A stretch of DNA of 64,000 nucleotides from Calditrichia bacterium. Its GTDB lineage: Bacteria > Calditrichota > Calditrichia > JAJRVZ01. The notes under the pieces were generated by a model. It was not told the origin of the DNA. It searched no databases and saw nothing but the letters and a program-made list of their open reading frames with translations. The position numbers and the translations under genes are program-made. Shown here piece by piece: positions 1 through 11,852 of this stretch (the first letter of the stretch is position 1; the number at the start of each line of letters is the position of its first letter). The stretch is from positions 1,120,001 through 1,184,000 of the forward strand of contig CAWCNS010000005.1 in the NCBI GenBank assembly GCA_963796965.1, read 5' to 3'.

Positions 1-1870
1 GAAACGCATCGCGCTGACGGTCAGAAGAATCTGGATTTAGTTTAATGCCATAGTCAAATCGGATAGGACCGACGGGGGTTAAAATAGCAACCCCCAATCC
101 GGTTGTTGCTTTAATCTCCTTCACCTGAAAATCCCCAACCTCCTGCCAAACGTTTCCCATATCAAAGAAGATTTCACCTACAAACAACCAGAACAGGGGA
201 ACACGCAACTCGGCATTAGCAAGAAGCAGCAATTTACCACCCGTGGCCTGTTCTTTATAGCCCTTATCATCAAGAATAGCCGGGCCTAATAACTGTTCAG
301 CATAACCTCGTACGGTGGTAGCACCCCCGGCAAAAAACAGATCAGAAATGGGAATTTCTTTTGTCGGTCCTAATTCAATTATCGTACCACCTCGGAGACG
401 TGTTGCCAAGGTGATTGGATCCCTTCTTTTAAAAATATTCCAGCGCAACGGCTGAAATCGTCTCCATCCGGAAATTAAGGTAATATAGGTTTTATAATCT
501 TTTTGATCATTTTCATCTTTACCAATAGAGTATGAAAAAGCGACACTCAAATCAGTAAATGCACCATCTGTAGGACTAAAAAAATTATTTCGGGTATCCC
601 TCTTTCCATAGATTGTAGCAGAATAGACCTGATCCCGGCTTGCATCCTCAAGAAGGGTGGAATCTATCGCACCTTCCTCTAAAGTTGTTACGAGTTTTGC
701 CTCTAACGATCCGCGAAGATCCAGAATATCGCTTATCTCTCTGCTCACACCAAAATTAAAACGAAGTAAATTAAAATCCGCACTGTTCTGAGGGCGGTAA
801 AGATGATAGGATGCCATAAATACACCAGGGGTTCTGGTGTATCCTATCCATGGTTCAACAAAAACAAAGGTGATATGATTATCCGGATTGATAATCGACT
901 TGGAATTAACATCATAGGCAATCGAAGGGACAACATAAAGACTGATACTCCTCCCCGTACCCCATAAATTACGATGTCCGCCCTCCAGAGAGAGTTCAAG
1001 TTTATTGCCATAAGATTCTTCATTTTCAGAAGTAAATCCAATACTGGCTCCCAACCACCAGACATCCTTCTCCTGGATCTGTATCTGTAAGATTGCTTCA
1101 GAGGAATCTTCCGCTGTTGGTTTAAGTTCAAATCTAATATACTCAAACAGACCAGTGCGATAGAGATTTCTTTGTGACTTGGTAATCTTTTCCCGGTCAT
1201 AAACCTCACCTTTTTTGATCTCCAATTCTCGCCGGACAATAAACTCCTGAACACCCTTCAGACCAAGATACGCCATTTCTTTAATGGTAACTGTTTGATT
1301 TTCTTCGATGTCGCATGTGATCACCACCATGGAATCCTGTTCAAATTGGTAGTCGAGAGCTATGGACACAAAGGGTTTACCGTTGTTATAGTAAGCATTT
1401 TCTATCGCCACACGTGCATCTTTCACGGCCCCTTCATTAAAGGGCATCCCCCTTTGTAACTCGCTGAACATATTCAGTAGTTTTGATTTATTAAAGATAT
1501 TATTTCCGGTTAGATCAACCCTCTCAAAATAATAGCGTTGTCCTTCAATAATTTCGTAAAGGATTATAACATTGCGGGATTTGTTATCGATAGTAAGGCT
1601 GTCAAAGACCAGAACAGTAAGAAATCCATTTTGACGATAATAATTAGTTAACAGAATTTTATCCAATTTTACCAGGCGTGCATCAAATTCGTCACCTTCT
1701 TCAGAATGAATCAGATCGATTAATTCATCTTCAGGTATGCCTGAGCCACCCATGAATTTAATTTCTGTCGTTTCATAATTTTGACCAAAGAGATTATTCG
1801 CAGCCAACAATAAGATAGTCAGCAACAATAAGAGTTGGATTAATGGTTTGTATTCTAAATTTGTTATCAT
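1..1870 (-). CDS. tamA: BamA/TamA-family (Omp85) outer-membrane protein; runs off the left edge and appears frameshifted
   Basis: Manual minus-strand translation: ATG at 1870, signal-like N-terminus, POTRA-like segments, and an Omp85-type C-terminal region GLGVAILTPVGPIRFDYGIKL near base 50-100. Lies downstream of tamB. Confidence 0.8.
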   Translation of the reverse strand, partial: MITNLEYKPLIQLLLLLTILLLAANNLFGQNYETTEIKFMGGSGIPEDELIDLIHSEEGDEFDARLVKLDKILLTNYYRQNGFLTVLVFDSLTIDNKSRNVIILYEIIEGQRYYFERVDLTGNNIFNKSKLLNMFSELQRGMPFNEGAVKDARVAIENAYYNNGKPFVSIALDYQFEQDSMVVITCDIEENQTVTIKEMAYLGLKGVQEFIVRRELEIKKGEVYDREKITKSQRNLYRTGLFEYIRFELKPTAEDSSEAILQIQIQEKDVWWLGASIGFTSENEESYGNKLELSLEGGHRNLWGTGRSISLYVVPSIAYDVNSKSIINPDNHITFVFVEPWIGYTRTPGVFMASYHLYRPQNSADFNLLRFNFGVSREISDILDLRGSLEAKLVTTLEEGAIDSTLLEDASRDQVYSATIYGKRDTRNNFFSPTDGAFTDLSVAFSYSIGKDENDQKDYKTYITLISGWRRFQPLRWNIFKRRDPITLATRLRGGTIIELGPTKEIPISDLFFAGGATTVRGYAEQLLGPAILDDKGYKEQATGGKLLLLANAELRVPLFWLFVGEIFFDMGNVWQEVGDFQVKEIKATTGLGVAILTPVGPIRFDYGIKLNPDSSDRQRDAF

Positions 1871-2035
1871 ATCTTACGATTACGGTAAAAATTATTTGTC
1901 CATGAATTACACTAATAAACTCGAATTTCTAAAAATTAATTTTTATACTGATAACCAAATTTTCTAATTCTTGAAAATTCGTGTAATTCTTGGCCAAAGT
2001 CTTTTCTATTTGCCGCCATGAGTGGTGCTACTTAT

Positions 2036-5000
2036 TTAAAAAGACGTTTTCCAGCCAAGAGCTATCCGATATATACTGTTGCCTCTCTGGGTATGAAGAT
2101 AATTACTACCGACTGACCAGTTTTTGTTAATCCGATATTCCACCCCGATCTGATTTCCAGGACGCCAGGAAAGAGATGGTGTTGGCACGGTGCTACTCCC
2201 AAACATGCCCGTATACTCAACATATAAATTGCTGGTTAAATATTTTCCCAACGAAACCGATGCACTCTCGATACCGTTATTGAGTTTCATTGACTGAAGA
2301 TCAACCAGACTTCCACTTGTTCCGATCTCTACTTTATCTAATCCCGTTAATGCCTCTGCACCCCTGCCAATAGCAGATTCAACAGATGTACTAATTACCT
2401 GCTCACCCGCCCCGGCAAGATCCATTTGCCGCTGGCCAACACTGATCAGACTTAACACCTCCTGATCGCTCAGATTTGTGAGGTAGGTTCCATCTTTGTT
2501 TTTCACCTGTACTTCCCGGTTGAGTTTCTCCATTGTGCCGCTCAAAACGATCTCTACAATGTATTCACCGGTCATTTTCTCGGCACGGATATTGATATCA
2601 GGATTAATTACTTTGGGATCTGTAAAAGCAATGTTGCCATGGGAAATAATAAAATTTTGACCCCAGGAGCCATATCTTCCAGAGATTATTTCCATGTGAC
2701 CGGTAAGGTCCATGGTTGGGTCATTTACCTCCTGAATAGATCTGAAATTGCCCATTATTTCAAAATTAAAATTATTCCCCAGATCCATTTTTGAACTGCT
2801 AATAATAAAATTTCCGGGAATGATGAGATCCAAATTCCATGTAATTGGCTTGGCATCGATGGGCGTGGTACTGGATAAATATATATTTTTCTGCAACTTA
2901 GACACATCGACCAGATATTCACCCTCATCAATGGTAATTTCACCAGAAACATTTATTGTATCCCTACCCTCGACCTTCAAATCGTTTGTACTTATAACAA
3001 AATTTGTATTTTCAATAAAATAGTCCAGATAGATCTTATACGCATCAATAGAAAGGTTTATTTTCGGATGGGTGATATCATCTAAGGAAACATATCCTTC
3101 ACCATGGAGGCTCCCCTCTTTTATGGTTTCTCCTGTAAAAAGCCGAAAAAATCTTTTCACCACCCCATAGGCATCTTCCCAAAAGTCAGTATCTTTTCCC
3201 GCATAACCTGAGATGGAATGGATCTCCATCATCGAATTTTCGATGGTAGCATCAATTTGTAGTTCAGTGATAGGATTTCTTATTCGGGATAGAACGAGTT
3301 GACCATCCTGTAACCTAAAATATCCATCCGTGAGTGCTGGTTTGTCGGGGGTACCTGATAGTGTAAAAGCTGCTTCATAGGGCCCTTCGATCTTTTCAAC
3401 CTGGTCAAGAAAATTCCCCAGAAATGAGATTTGATTATCCCTGCTACTGACATGCAGCTGAAAAGGTAAACCGCTAAAGATTGAATCCGCATTGGTTAGA
3501 TCAAAATTGATTAATTGCCAGCCATTTGCCTCAAAATTGGTTTTGTTTAGATCAAAAGCCAAATGATCGATAGATAAAGAATCTTTGTTCAGGTGGCCAG
3601 AAAGATAAAGGCTATCGCTGTAAAATTTATCATAAGATAAATCTTTGGCCGTGAGAAGAAGTTTGCCTTCTGGATTAATAAGTGATCCTGCCAAAATTAG
3701 TTCTCCACTTAAGCCACCCTTTAGGGGGCGTGGTAAGCCAAACAAGGGCGCATAATTTTGCAAATATAGATCATTCCAGTAAATCTTCACATCAGCCAAA
3801 CTTTGATCGAGCAAATTATCTCCTATGCTGGAAGTGCTATCGCCCCATTCAATGGATAAATCACCATCAACTTCGAGCCAAGAGGGCCCATTTGACATTC
3901 TAAATTCGTCTATATAAAGTTTTTGCTTCTCATATTGAAAGATACATTCCACATCACCCACTGGTATCGCATTAACTACCAGTTCCTGTCCTTTAAGCTG
4001 CATATCCAATTCCAGATCATTAAAAGGATTTGCCATAATGAAATCTGCATCCAACTTACCATCAATTTGAAGGTCGTCCTTTAAGAACTGTCTAAAAGGG
4101 GCAAAACTAAAATCCTCAATGTAGAGTCCGAATTGCATATCATCATTTATCAGATCCCAATACCCTCTTATTTCAATAATGCCATCATTGGAGCCGAGAA
4201 AGCGCATATCTTCGATGCTATATTCCTGAGGGGTTATCCGAAAGAGTAACTGCTTCTGGTTTTCAAGCCAGGTATTTTCATAATTAAGTCGAAAAAAATC
4301 AAAAGCGATATCTAGTGTATCAAAGTTTACTCAATATAACCGGTGCTGGAAACATAATTTAGTTCATTGGCAAAGAGAAGGGTATCTATCTCAACCCGGT
4401 TACTATCAAACACAAAATTTGCCATGGTTTCAGTAATTTCCAGGCTGTCATAATACCAATGAGGTGAAAATAGCGATCCCGTACCCTGTCTTCTACTGGC
4501 CAGGCGATCGATATCGATCTGCATAAACATAGAGTCTAATGAAAAGTCATCTTTTTCAAGATGAGGAATCCATAAATATACTTCCAGGTTTGGATCGGAG
4601 AGTTGTCCGGTAAGAAAGAAATTACCATCAAACTGGCCATAAATAGTGGGTAAACCGGCAGAAGCTGTCAAAGTTTGCAAACTATTGTTTTCCGTAGACA
4701 ATTTAAAATCTACTTGCTCATCAGCAGACAATGTTCCTTCAACCTTAAATCGGGACCCACTACCCAGGCGCAAAAATGATGGTTCACGAATAGTAATATT
4801 ATGGTTTTTGGCATCTACAGCAAATTTAAGGGTATCAAATGTCATGGTATCCACGGACGAATTATACAAATTGATACGTCCCTTACCATCTGCCAGAATA
4901 TCTCTAAGTCTTTTTGTTTCGAGATAAAGTGAACCGGATAGATCGGTTTTAATGAGTGCCGTATCGATAATTGCTAGATTCAGATGTGAGAAACGGACAT

Positions 5001-6135
5001 CCAGATCATTTCGGTCTATTTCGATGTGCCCTTTGAGAGCTACTGTACTGGTATCGCGGACCAGCAGACTTTTACGAAGATTGATAGCACCAGCGTAATA
5101 ATCGCCATCAAAATTGAGTGAATCGAGACGGTAGTTGTTAAAATAACCTGAAGAATTCCACTGAGTTGAAAAACGGTTTGGTTGGCCAACCAGAACCATG
5201 GAGAGATAAATCTCACCCGAATCAGCCATATTTTCTTTACTAAAAACATTTATATCAGCAGCGGTTATATGACTTTCATCGATGCCCAGAATGATCCACA
5301 GGCTATCACCAAGGGTAACTTCTGCATGGGAGTAGAGCTGGGATTCGTTTGTCTGCACTTCCAGTCGATTCAACGTAATCCGTTCTTCTGTACCAATAAT
5401 CTGAACCCGTAGATATTTTAAATTGAAATCCCTGTTTTTTTCAACAGCCTGCAATTTATTAATTTCAATCCTCAAGGACTGATCCTTATGGTAAGCATTC
5501 ATATCAAGGACAATTTCATTAAAATCTGTTTCAATTGAACCTAAATATAATCTACCATGATCGATTCTAAAATCATCAACAGCCAACTCCGGCAAACTCT
5601 CAATAAAGTTTCTTAGCGGAATCGATGACGCCAAGCGATTCAGGGCCTCTACCAACGACTCTCCACTCTCTTCACTCTTCCCTCTTCGATTGAAATCATG
5701 GATGATTTCATCCCGATTTGTCGATAGGATATCGACGTCTTTATCGGGACCACCCTCTACCCTCAACCCTTCACTCTCTACAATATCCTTATCAACAGAT
5801 GCAACCGGAATGGCAACCAACAACGAATCAAATTCGACCATACCAAACACATATCGCCCGGCCAGGACATCGGTTACATTATAGTTTAATTTTAAGTGAT
5901 TGGTATGAATATGCGTACCATTTTCGAGAGTAATATCCAGGTCACGGATAATGATGTTCTTGAATAGATCACCGGAAAGTGATTCGTATTCAAATTCGGC
6001 CACATCACCCAATTTATCTTTGAGAATTCTTAAGGTAAGATCGGAGACCACATTGGTCTGCCAGTGCAATACCACAAAAGTGGCTATTGCCAGCAGAATG
6101 ATGAGGGGTAATATGATAAGGATCTTTTTTAACAT
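2036..6135 (-). CDS. tamB: Translocation and assembly module TamB (AsmA-like), split by one frameshift near 4327
   Basis: ORFs 4327..6135 (N-terminal TM anchor) and 2036..4207 (DUF490-like C-terminus SLGKYLTSNLYVEY...WKTSF). The 4207-4327 gap is open in the downstream frame. Confidence 0.8.
5658..5781. repeat. Repeat/hairpin mosaic embedded in the tamB coding sequence
   Basis: 7-nt-period CTCT tracts at 5658-5687 and 5753-5781 flank hairpins TGAAATCAT-GG-ATGATTTCA and TCCCGAT...ATCGGGA, the latter with an inner GTCGATA-GGA-TATCGAC. Confidence 0.65.
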
Positions 6136-6145
6136 GATAGTTCTG

Positions 6146-6173
6146 TCTCTCGCAGAGTCGCAGATACGCAGCG
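6146..6173 (+). repeat. 8-nt-period CGCAGAG repeat, left arm
   Basis: TCTCTCGCAGAGTCGCAGATACGCAGCG; 23/28 match to the reverse complement of 9687-9714. Confidence 0.75.
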
Positions 6174-6209
6174 TTTAAGATTAAATATTAAGGATTATAG
6201 ATTACAGAT

Positions 6210-6273
6210 AAAAAAAAGGAAAATGTAAAAAGGTAAAAGGAAAAAGGAAATTACCAATTACTAATTACTAATT
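6210..6273 (+). repeat. 7-nt-period AAAAGG and AATTAC tandem tracts
   Basis: aaaaggaaaatgtaaaaaggtaaaagg followed by aattaccaattactaattactaatt; an inverted AATTAC tract lies at 9528-9551. Confidence 0.6.
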
Positions 6274-6802
6274 TTTTTTAATCTTTATACTGCATTCTGC
6301 TTTTTTCTATGTATCGCCAGAATTTGAAATAACCTAAATCTATAAGTCATAATTAATTATATGCTTTACAAATATAAAGAGTTTCGGAAAGAGATATTAA
6401 ATAAAAGATCAACTTTCTTATTGAACTTTCATTTTAAATATGCGTATAATAAAATTATTATGACAAGGAAAAATGCCCTATATATTTTACCGGCCTCCTG
6501 ATACATCATGGTGTTTTTTTTAATTTTGTTGTGATATAGGACCTTGTTGTTTATATTGAATTATCAGCCCTAATATAAAACGGAACATCTTGTTAATACT
6601 GTCTTTTACCCGTTCGAATACGACACTTCCATACTAAGCACCTACTGTAAGAATTATACTTTATAACTTATTTTTGATCATATTGCTTTATCCAATATAT
6701 CTTAGATTTTCCGCGCCGCCTGCCTTTGGCGGGGAAAGGTCTTTACGTGAGTTTAAAAAACATATATTTGATACATAACTATTTCTCCAATAAGAGACCT
6801 GG

Positions 6803-9464
6803 ATGATTAGTAAAACTGTCCTGCATTACAACATTCTCGAAGTTCTCGGTGAAGGTGGCATGGGTATCGTTTACAAGGCCCGGGATCTAAATCTTGACCG
6901 CCTCGTCGCATTAAAATTCCTACCTATTTCTTTAACCTACGATGAAAAGATAACCCAACAATTTATTCATGAAGCACGTGCCGCTGCTCTGTTAGATCAT
7001 CCCAATATCTGCACCATTCATGAGTTTGAAAAAACGGATGACAATCAATTTGTTATTGTTATGGCGTTATTGCCAGGGCGAAACACTTATACAATTGCTT
7101 TCCCAAAATGGGCAATTGCCTGTCGAACAATTTCTTGACATAAATACCCAAATTGCCCGTGGTATAAGTCAGGCTCATAAGGCAGGCATTATTCACCGTG
7201 ATCTAAAGCCGTCAAATATTATTGTAAACCATGATGGTACTGTCAAAATCCTTGATTTCGGTCTGGCCGGATTAAAAGAAGATATCAATCGAAAGGAAAG
7301 ATTGACCTCATCCGGAACCACTGCTTATATGTCTCCAGAACAGGCCATCGGCAATGGCATTGACGAGCGTTCGGACATCTGGTCATTAGGCGTACTGATG
7401 TATGAAATGTTGTCCGGACAGAAGCCTTTTATTGGTGTGCATGAACAAAGTCAGATCTATTCAATTTTAAAAGAAGAACCTCCCACACTTTCTACACTCA
7501 GAGATGAACTTCCCGGAGGACTAGATGGAATTGTCTATAAATCTCTGCAAAAAGAACCCGATCAGCGCTATCAAAAGGTTGAAGAGGTGGTTGCCGAGTT
7601 GGAAAAGATCCGCGAGCGTGAATATCTGCATCACAAACTAACCAGGAAAAAATTAAATATACCCGTCTGGCAGATTGCTGGCATCGCTATTCTTTTCCTT
7701 TTTCTCGTAAGCACATACCTGTTCTTTCCATTCAGTGATCCCGCGGATTTGAAAATCAAGATCGCCATTCGTCCTTCTGAGATGAGGAATTCAAATCAGG
7801 ACAGGTACCTTAATGATCTGGTCATGCGGGAAATTAGATCCAAGCTTACAAAAATTAATAAGTTTTTTATAATTGATAACAGCGTGTGGAATGATTCTTC
7901 ACTTTCAAAGGCCCGTTTAACCGATCTCGGGAAATGGTTAAATATTGATTTTATTGTCGGGGTATCCACTGATAAATATAACTCTCATCTCAGTATTGCA
8001 GTTGATCTGGCTGATACCCAAACGGAGGCCCAGATCTGGGGCAACACATATTACCCGGACACCACTGAAATTTTTTCAACCTTGGGAGCGATCGCCGGAA
8101 AGATTGCCTCTGAATTGCATATAAAACTAACATCTTCTGAACAGATTCTTATTACTGAAAATGTAACCGAGAATGATTTAGCCTATAAGTATTATCTAAA
8201 GGGACATGAAAATTATATAGCAAACAAACTTCTCAACAATGAGGCCGCCATCCGCCAGTATAAAGAAGCAATAAAACTCGATCCTGATTATGCACTTCCT
8301 TACGTGGGCTTGGCCTATTCCTACTTCTTTCGTGTTATGGGATACGGCCAACCCCTTACCTGGTATGATTCTGCTTTTGTTATGGTGGAGAAAGCCCTAA
8401 ATATAGACCCGGCTTGTTCAGATGCCTACGTGGCCAGAGGTTATTTAAACCACCAGGATCTGTATAGGGGACCCGATTCCCTTCCCGCAGCCTTTGCAGA
8501 TTTTCAGCAGGCGATTGAATTTAATCCAGACAATTATATTGCCTATAGACGTATGGGTTGGCTAAAACGGGAAGTTGGGGAACTTAAGAAAGCCGAATCT
8601 TATCTCACCTATGCCTTGAAACTGAATCCTCTGGCAGATGATGTACATGGAGCGCTGGCCTGGACATATTATTTATTGGGAGATAAACAGAAGGCGGTTG
8701 CCCATTACGAAGAAGCCAGAAAGCTTGCACCCGGGAATTTTTACGACCAAATAGGTATCTATGTTCAGGAAGAAAAATATGAAAAAGCTATCTCACTTTA
8801 TGAAAAACGACTGCAGATGAAACCTGACCGGCAATGGTTTATGCATGATCTCGCCGTTATTTTAAAAAACGACGGTCACTACAGGCGATCTGTTAATCTA
8901 TTTAATAAAATTATCAGCCTTTATCCCCGATCCATTTGGCATTATATCGGCCTGGCAAATGCTTTTGCAGAAAAGGATCTCCTTGACAGCGCCAGCACTG
9001 TCTATAACAGGTATGAGACCGTGCTCGATACCTGCTCATCCTGTGCACCCTCTATCATGTTAAGTTTTAATTATTCTCTCATATTAAGTAAAAGAAATGA
9101 GACCAGCCGGGCAAGAAAAGTCCTCCACGAAACGATTAACAACCCGCGGACGAAATTCTATGCCTTTCATAATTCAATGCTGCAGATCATTGATTTTTAC
9201 GAGGGTAATATTGAAGCGGATTCGGTTGAACAAGTGATGACGAACGCATCAAAAAAATTGCAGCGGCAAAGCTATTTCATTTCCCACTATTATTATTTAG
9301 GTATGGCCTATTTGTATAATTTAAAACCAACTTATCAGCTCACGCCGGGTTACAGAGAAAGGGCCATCAACCATTTAAAGCGATATGAACAAGAGGCAGA
9401 TAAAGATGATGTGGAATTCTCTCTGGCCCGGGTTGAATTGAAGCGATTAGGTGTCAAATTATAG
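6803..9464 (+). CDS. Hanks-type Ser/Thr protein kinase with TM helix and TPR repeats (frameshift near 7070)
   Basis: LGEGGMGIVY and VALKFL in ORF 6803; HRDLKPSN, DFG and YMSPEQ in ORF 7020; TM segment WQIAGIAILFLFLVSTYLFF; multiple TPRs. Confidence 0.9.
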
Positions 9465-9527
9465 CTGTCCTGAGTGGAAGGATGGGGATTACAAGGGGCA
9501 AGTTTGAAGTAATAAAGTAGATGTATC

Positions 9528-9714
9528 TGGTAATTCGTAATTAGGAATTTGTCTGCGAATCACACAGGTTTTAACGAAAATCACAAATTTAATACATCTG
9601 ATTCAAAATATAATTATTTCGTAAATAATTCGTGTCAAACTAGATAATTCGTGGACTGTTTTCTATTTTTCATTCTTATTAAAATTCTCTGCGTCTCCGC
9701 GCCTCTGCGTGAGA
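9528..9714. repeat. Intergenic repeat mosaic: GTAATT 7-mers, a 9-mer inverted pair, and the right CGCAGAG arm at 9687-9714
   Basis: tggtaattcgtaattaggaatttg; cgaatcacac...aattcgtgtcaaactagataattcgtgg; ctctgcgtctccgcgcctctgcgtgaga. Confidence 0.7.
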
Positions 9715-9741
9715 ATAAAATGAAACGCTAAGCATAAAACA

Positions 9742-11262
9742 ATGAATCTTAACAACCAACTACAGGTCGCCAAAGCGGCCAACCGTATTGCCCACTTACT
9801 CAGCAAATCCTATGCTCTGGATTCTGCTATCGAAAATATTATGAAAGTGTTTGTTGAACTTGTTCAGGCAGATGAAGGGGCCATCCAGCTTTTAAAGCCA
9901 ACCAGTGAAAGCACACGTTGCACCCTCGTTCGGCAGGAAAACCATAGTTCCCATCTACTTGACAAACAGTTAGATAGTTTTCTCACCGGCTGTGTGCTAA
10001 AAAAGAATCGCCCGTTTCTGACTAATGATCTTAAAGGTTTACTTGAATTAAAAAAAAATCCTCAGCATTACACAACCATTCGCTCCGTGATCTCAGCCCC
10101 TGTTTCATCAAACCATAAGATAATTGGCGTGGTTAATCTGATCAGAAGCGGACAAAGCGAATTTTTTAATCAGAATGAATTAGATATTATTACTAATCTG
10201 GCTGATCAGATCGGTGATTTTTTTGATGCAGCAGAGTTACGTGAAAATCTGTTCAACCAAAACCTGCGCCTGCAAAAAAATCTGGAAGATCACTATTCCG
10301 TTCATGGCATCATTGGCAATAGTCCAAATTTTAAAGAGGTTTACCATGTATTAGAACAAGTGATTCCGACCAACGCCAGAGTGGTGATCCTTGGTGAAAG
10401 CGGAACGGGAAAAGAACTGATCGCCCGCTGTATCCATTACGCCGGTCCGCGTAAGGATCAGGCTTTTGTGGCCGTGGATTGTGGTGCCCTCCCCTCCAAT
10501 TTACTGGAAAGTGAATTGTTCGGCTATGTACGGGGTGCTTTTACAGGCGCCATACGTGATCGGCGCGGATTGATTGAAGAAGCCCATAATGGAACGCTTT
10601 TTCTGGATGAAATTACCAATATGAGTCCGGAAACTCAGGCAAAACTTCTCCGCTTTATACAGGAAGAAGAGATCCGGCCCATCGGTTCCAATCAACTCAA
10701 AAAAGTTGATGTTAGGATAATTGTCGCCGCTTCAGCAAATTTGAATGAGGAAATCTCGCCTGAGAAGATTCGCACCGATCTCTATTACCGCCTCAATGTC
10801 ATATCCATTAAGATACCACCTCTCCGTGAACGGGTTGAAGACATTCCGCCCTTAGCCAATACTTTTCTAAATCGATTTGCAAAAAAACATCAGAAGGGTT
10901 TGAGCCGCATTGGACCTGAGGCCATACAATGTTTGGAAAATTACGCCTGGCCGGGGAATATCCGTGAGTTGGAAAACTTGATTGAACGGGCAGTTGTAAT
11001 GGCTGATTATAAAGATAAAGTACTTAAAACGGAGCACCTCGCCTCAGAACTCAATGGCAGATATCCAGCCCGAGAAGTAGATCATCCTAATAACGACGGT
11101 GAATTAACCCATATGATCACGGAATTTGAGCGCAAAATATTGCTCGATACCCTTGTTGACCACAATTGGAACCAAACCGCTGCTGCTAATGCCTTAAAGA
11201 TATCCGAGGCGGTCATGCGATACAAAATAAAAAGGCTCAACATTAATAAACCCACCTATTAA
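9742..11262 (+). CDS. GAF-domain sigma-54-dependent transcriptional activator (NifA/FhlA-like)
   Basis: N-terminal GAF, GESGTGKE, ESELFGYVRGAFTGA, LFLDEI, WPGNIRELEN and a C-terminal Fis-type HTH. Confidence 0.93.
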   Translation: MNLNNQLQVAKAANRIAHLLSKSYALDSAIENIMKVFVELVQADEGAIQLLKPTSESTRCTLVRQENHSSHLLDKQLDSFLTGCVLKKNRPFLTNDLKGLLELKKNPQHYTTIRSVISAPVSSNHKIIGVVNLIRSGQSEFFNQNELDIITNLADQIGDFFDAAELRENLFNQNLRLQKNLEDHYSVHGIIGNSPNFKEVYHVLEQVIPTNARVVILGESGTGKELIARCIHYAGPRKDQAFVAVDCGALPSNLLESELFGYVRGAFTGAIRDRRGLIEEAHNGTLFLDEITNMSPETQAKLLRFIQEEEIRPIGSNQLKKVDVRIIVAASANLNEEISPEKIRTDLYYRLNVISIKIPPLRERVEDIPPLANTFLNRFAKKHQKGLSRIGPEAIQCLENYAWPGNIRELENLIERAVVMADYKDKVLKTEHLASELNGRYPAREVDHPNNDGELTHMITEFERKILLDTLVDHNWNQTAAANALKISEAVMRYKIKRLNINKPTY

Positions 11263-11630
11263 AATTCTAAATCCTAATCTCTAAATTCTAAATAATCCCC
11301 AATCTCAAAGTTCAAATATCAAAACAGTATTTTAAACTAAGAAAATTCTAACGCAAAGGCGCCAAGCCGCAAAGAAATCTTTTATATTTTAATATGGACT
11401 CAACACCACAGATATATTCTATTAAACTCATCTCTTCTCAAACGGAGTTTTTCTACTTTTTAAATCTAATGCTTCTATGTAGAAAGATTCTTACAGAATG
11501 ACAAGTGAAGAATGAAATATTTGTGAAATTCGTATAAATTCGTGGAATTAGTGGATTAATACGCGAAAAAAACTTCGTAATCTCCCGAAATAATCTTCGA
11601 ATTTTCCTCCTCTCTCCTCTCTCTACTCCC
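11262..11630. repeat. Intergenic repeat mosaic: AAATTCT 7-mers, CGCAAAG arm at 11350-11374, ATTCGTGAA 9-mers at 11519-11555, CTCT tract
   Basis: Direct reading; the same families recur at 36101-36165, 18087, 15318 and 55940. Confidence 0.65.
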
Positions 11631-11699
11631 TTCAGGAGAGTTCTCATAAGATATTGATATCTATAGATTTACAGATTAACCAACAGAACATCCCAAGTC

Positions 11700-11715
11700 T
11701 GGCACATGGATTGAA
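11700..11715 (+). promoter_or_regulatory. Putative sigma-54 -24/-12 promoter
   Basis: TGGCAC-ATGGA-TTGAA versus consensus TGGCAC-N5-TTGCW (GA instead of GC at -12). Lies between the sigma-54 activator and the secreted peptidase. Confidence 0.55.
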
Positions 11716-11852
11716 TAAGAGCCTGTGTGGGCAGCAATGATGATCTGAAGCCGGACCCGAGCCAGAACGATAGATATAATCTGAATTGTATCTGATCCTC
11801 CTCCTCGATTTTGCCCTTGAAAATTTACAGGAACCTAAACAAGGAGGAAATC

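Noticed and set aside
844..1254. 136-aa standalone ORF
   Set aside because: It overlaps the frameshifted tamA gene on the same strand and has no independent RBS or recognisable domain.
11716..11800. Riboswitch in the peptidase leader
   Set aside because: No recognisable c-di-GMP, c-di-AMP, TPP, SAM or cobalamin consensus.
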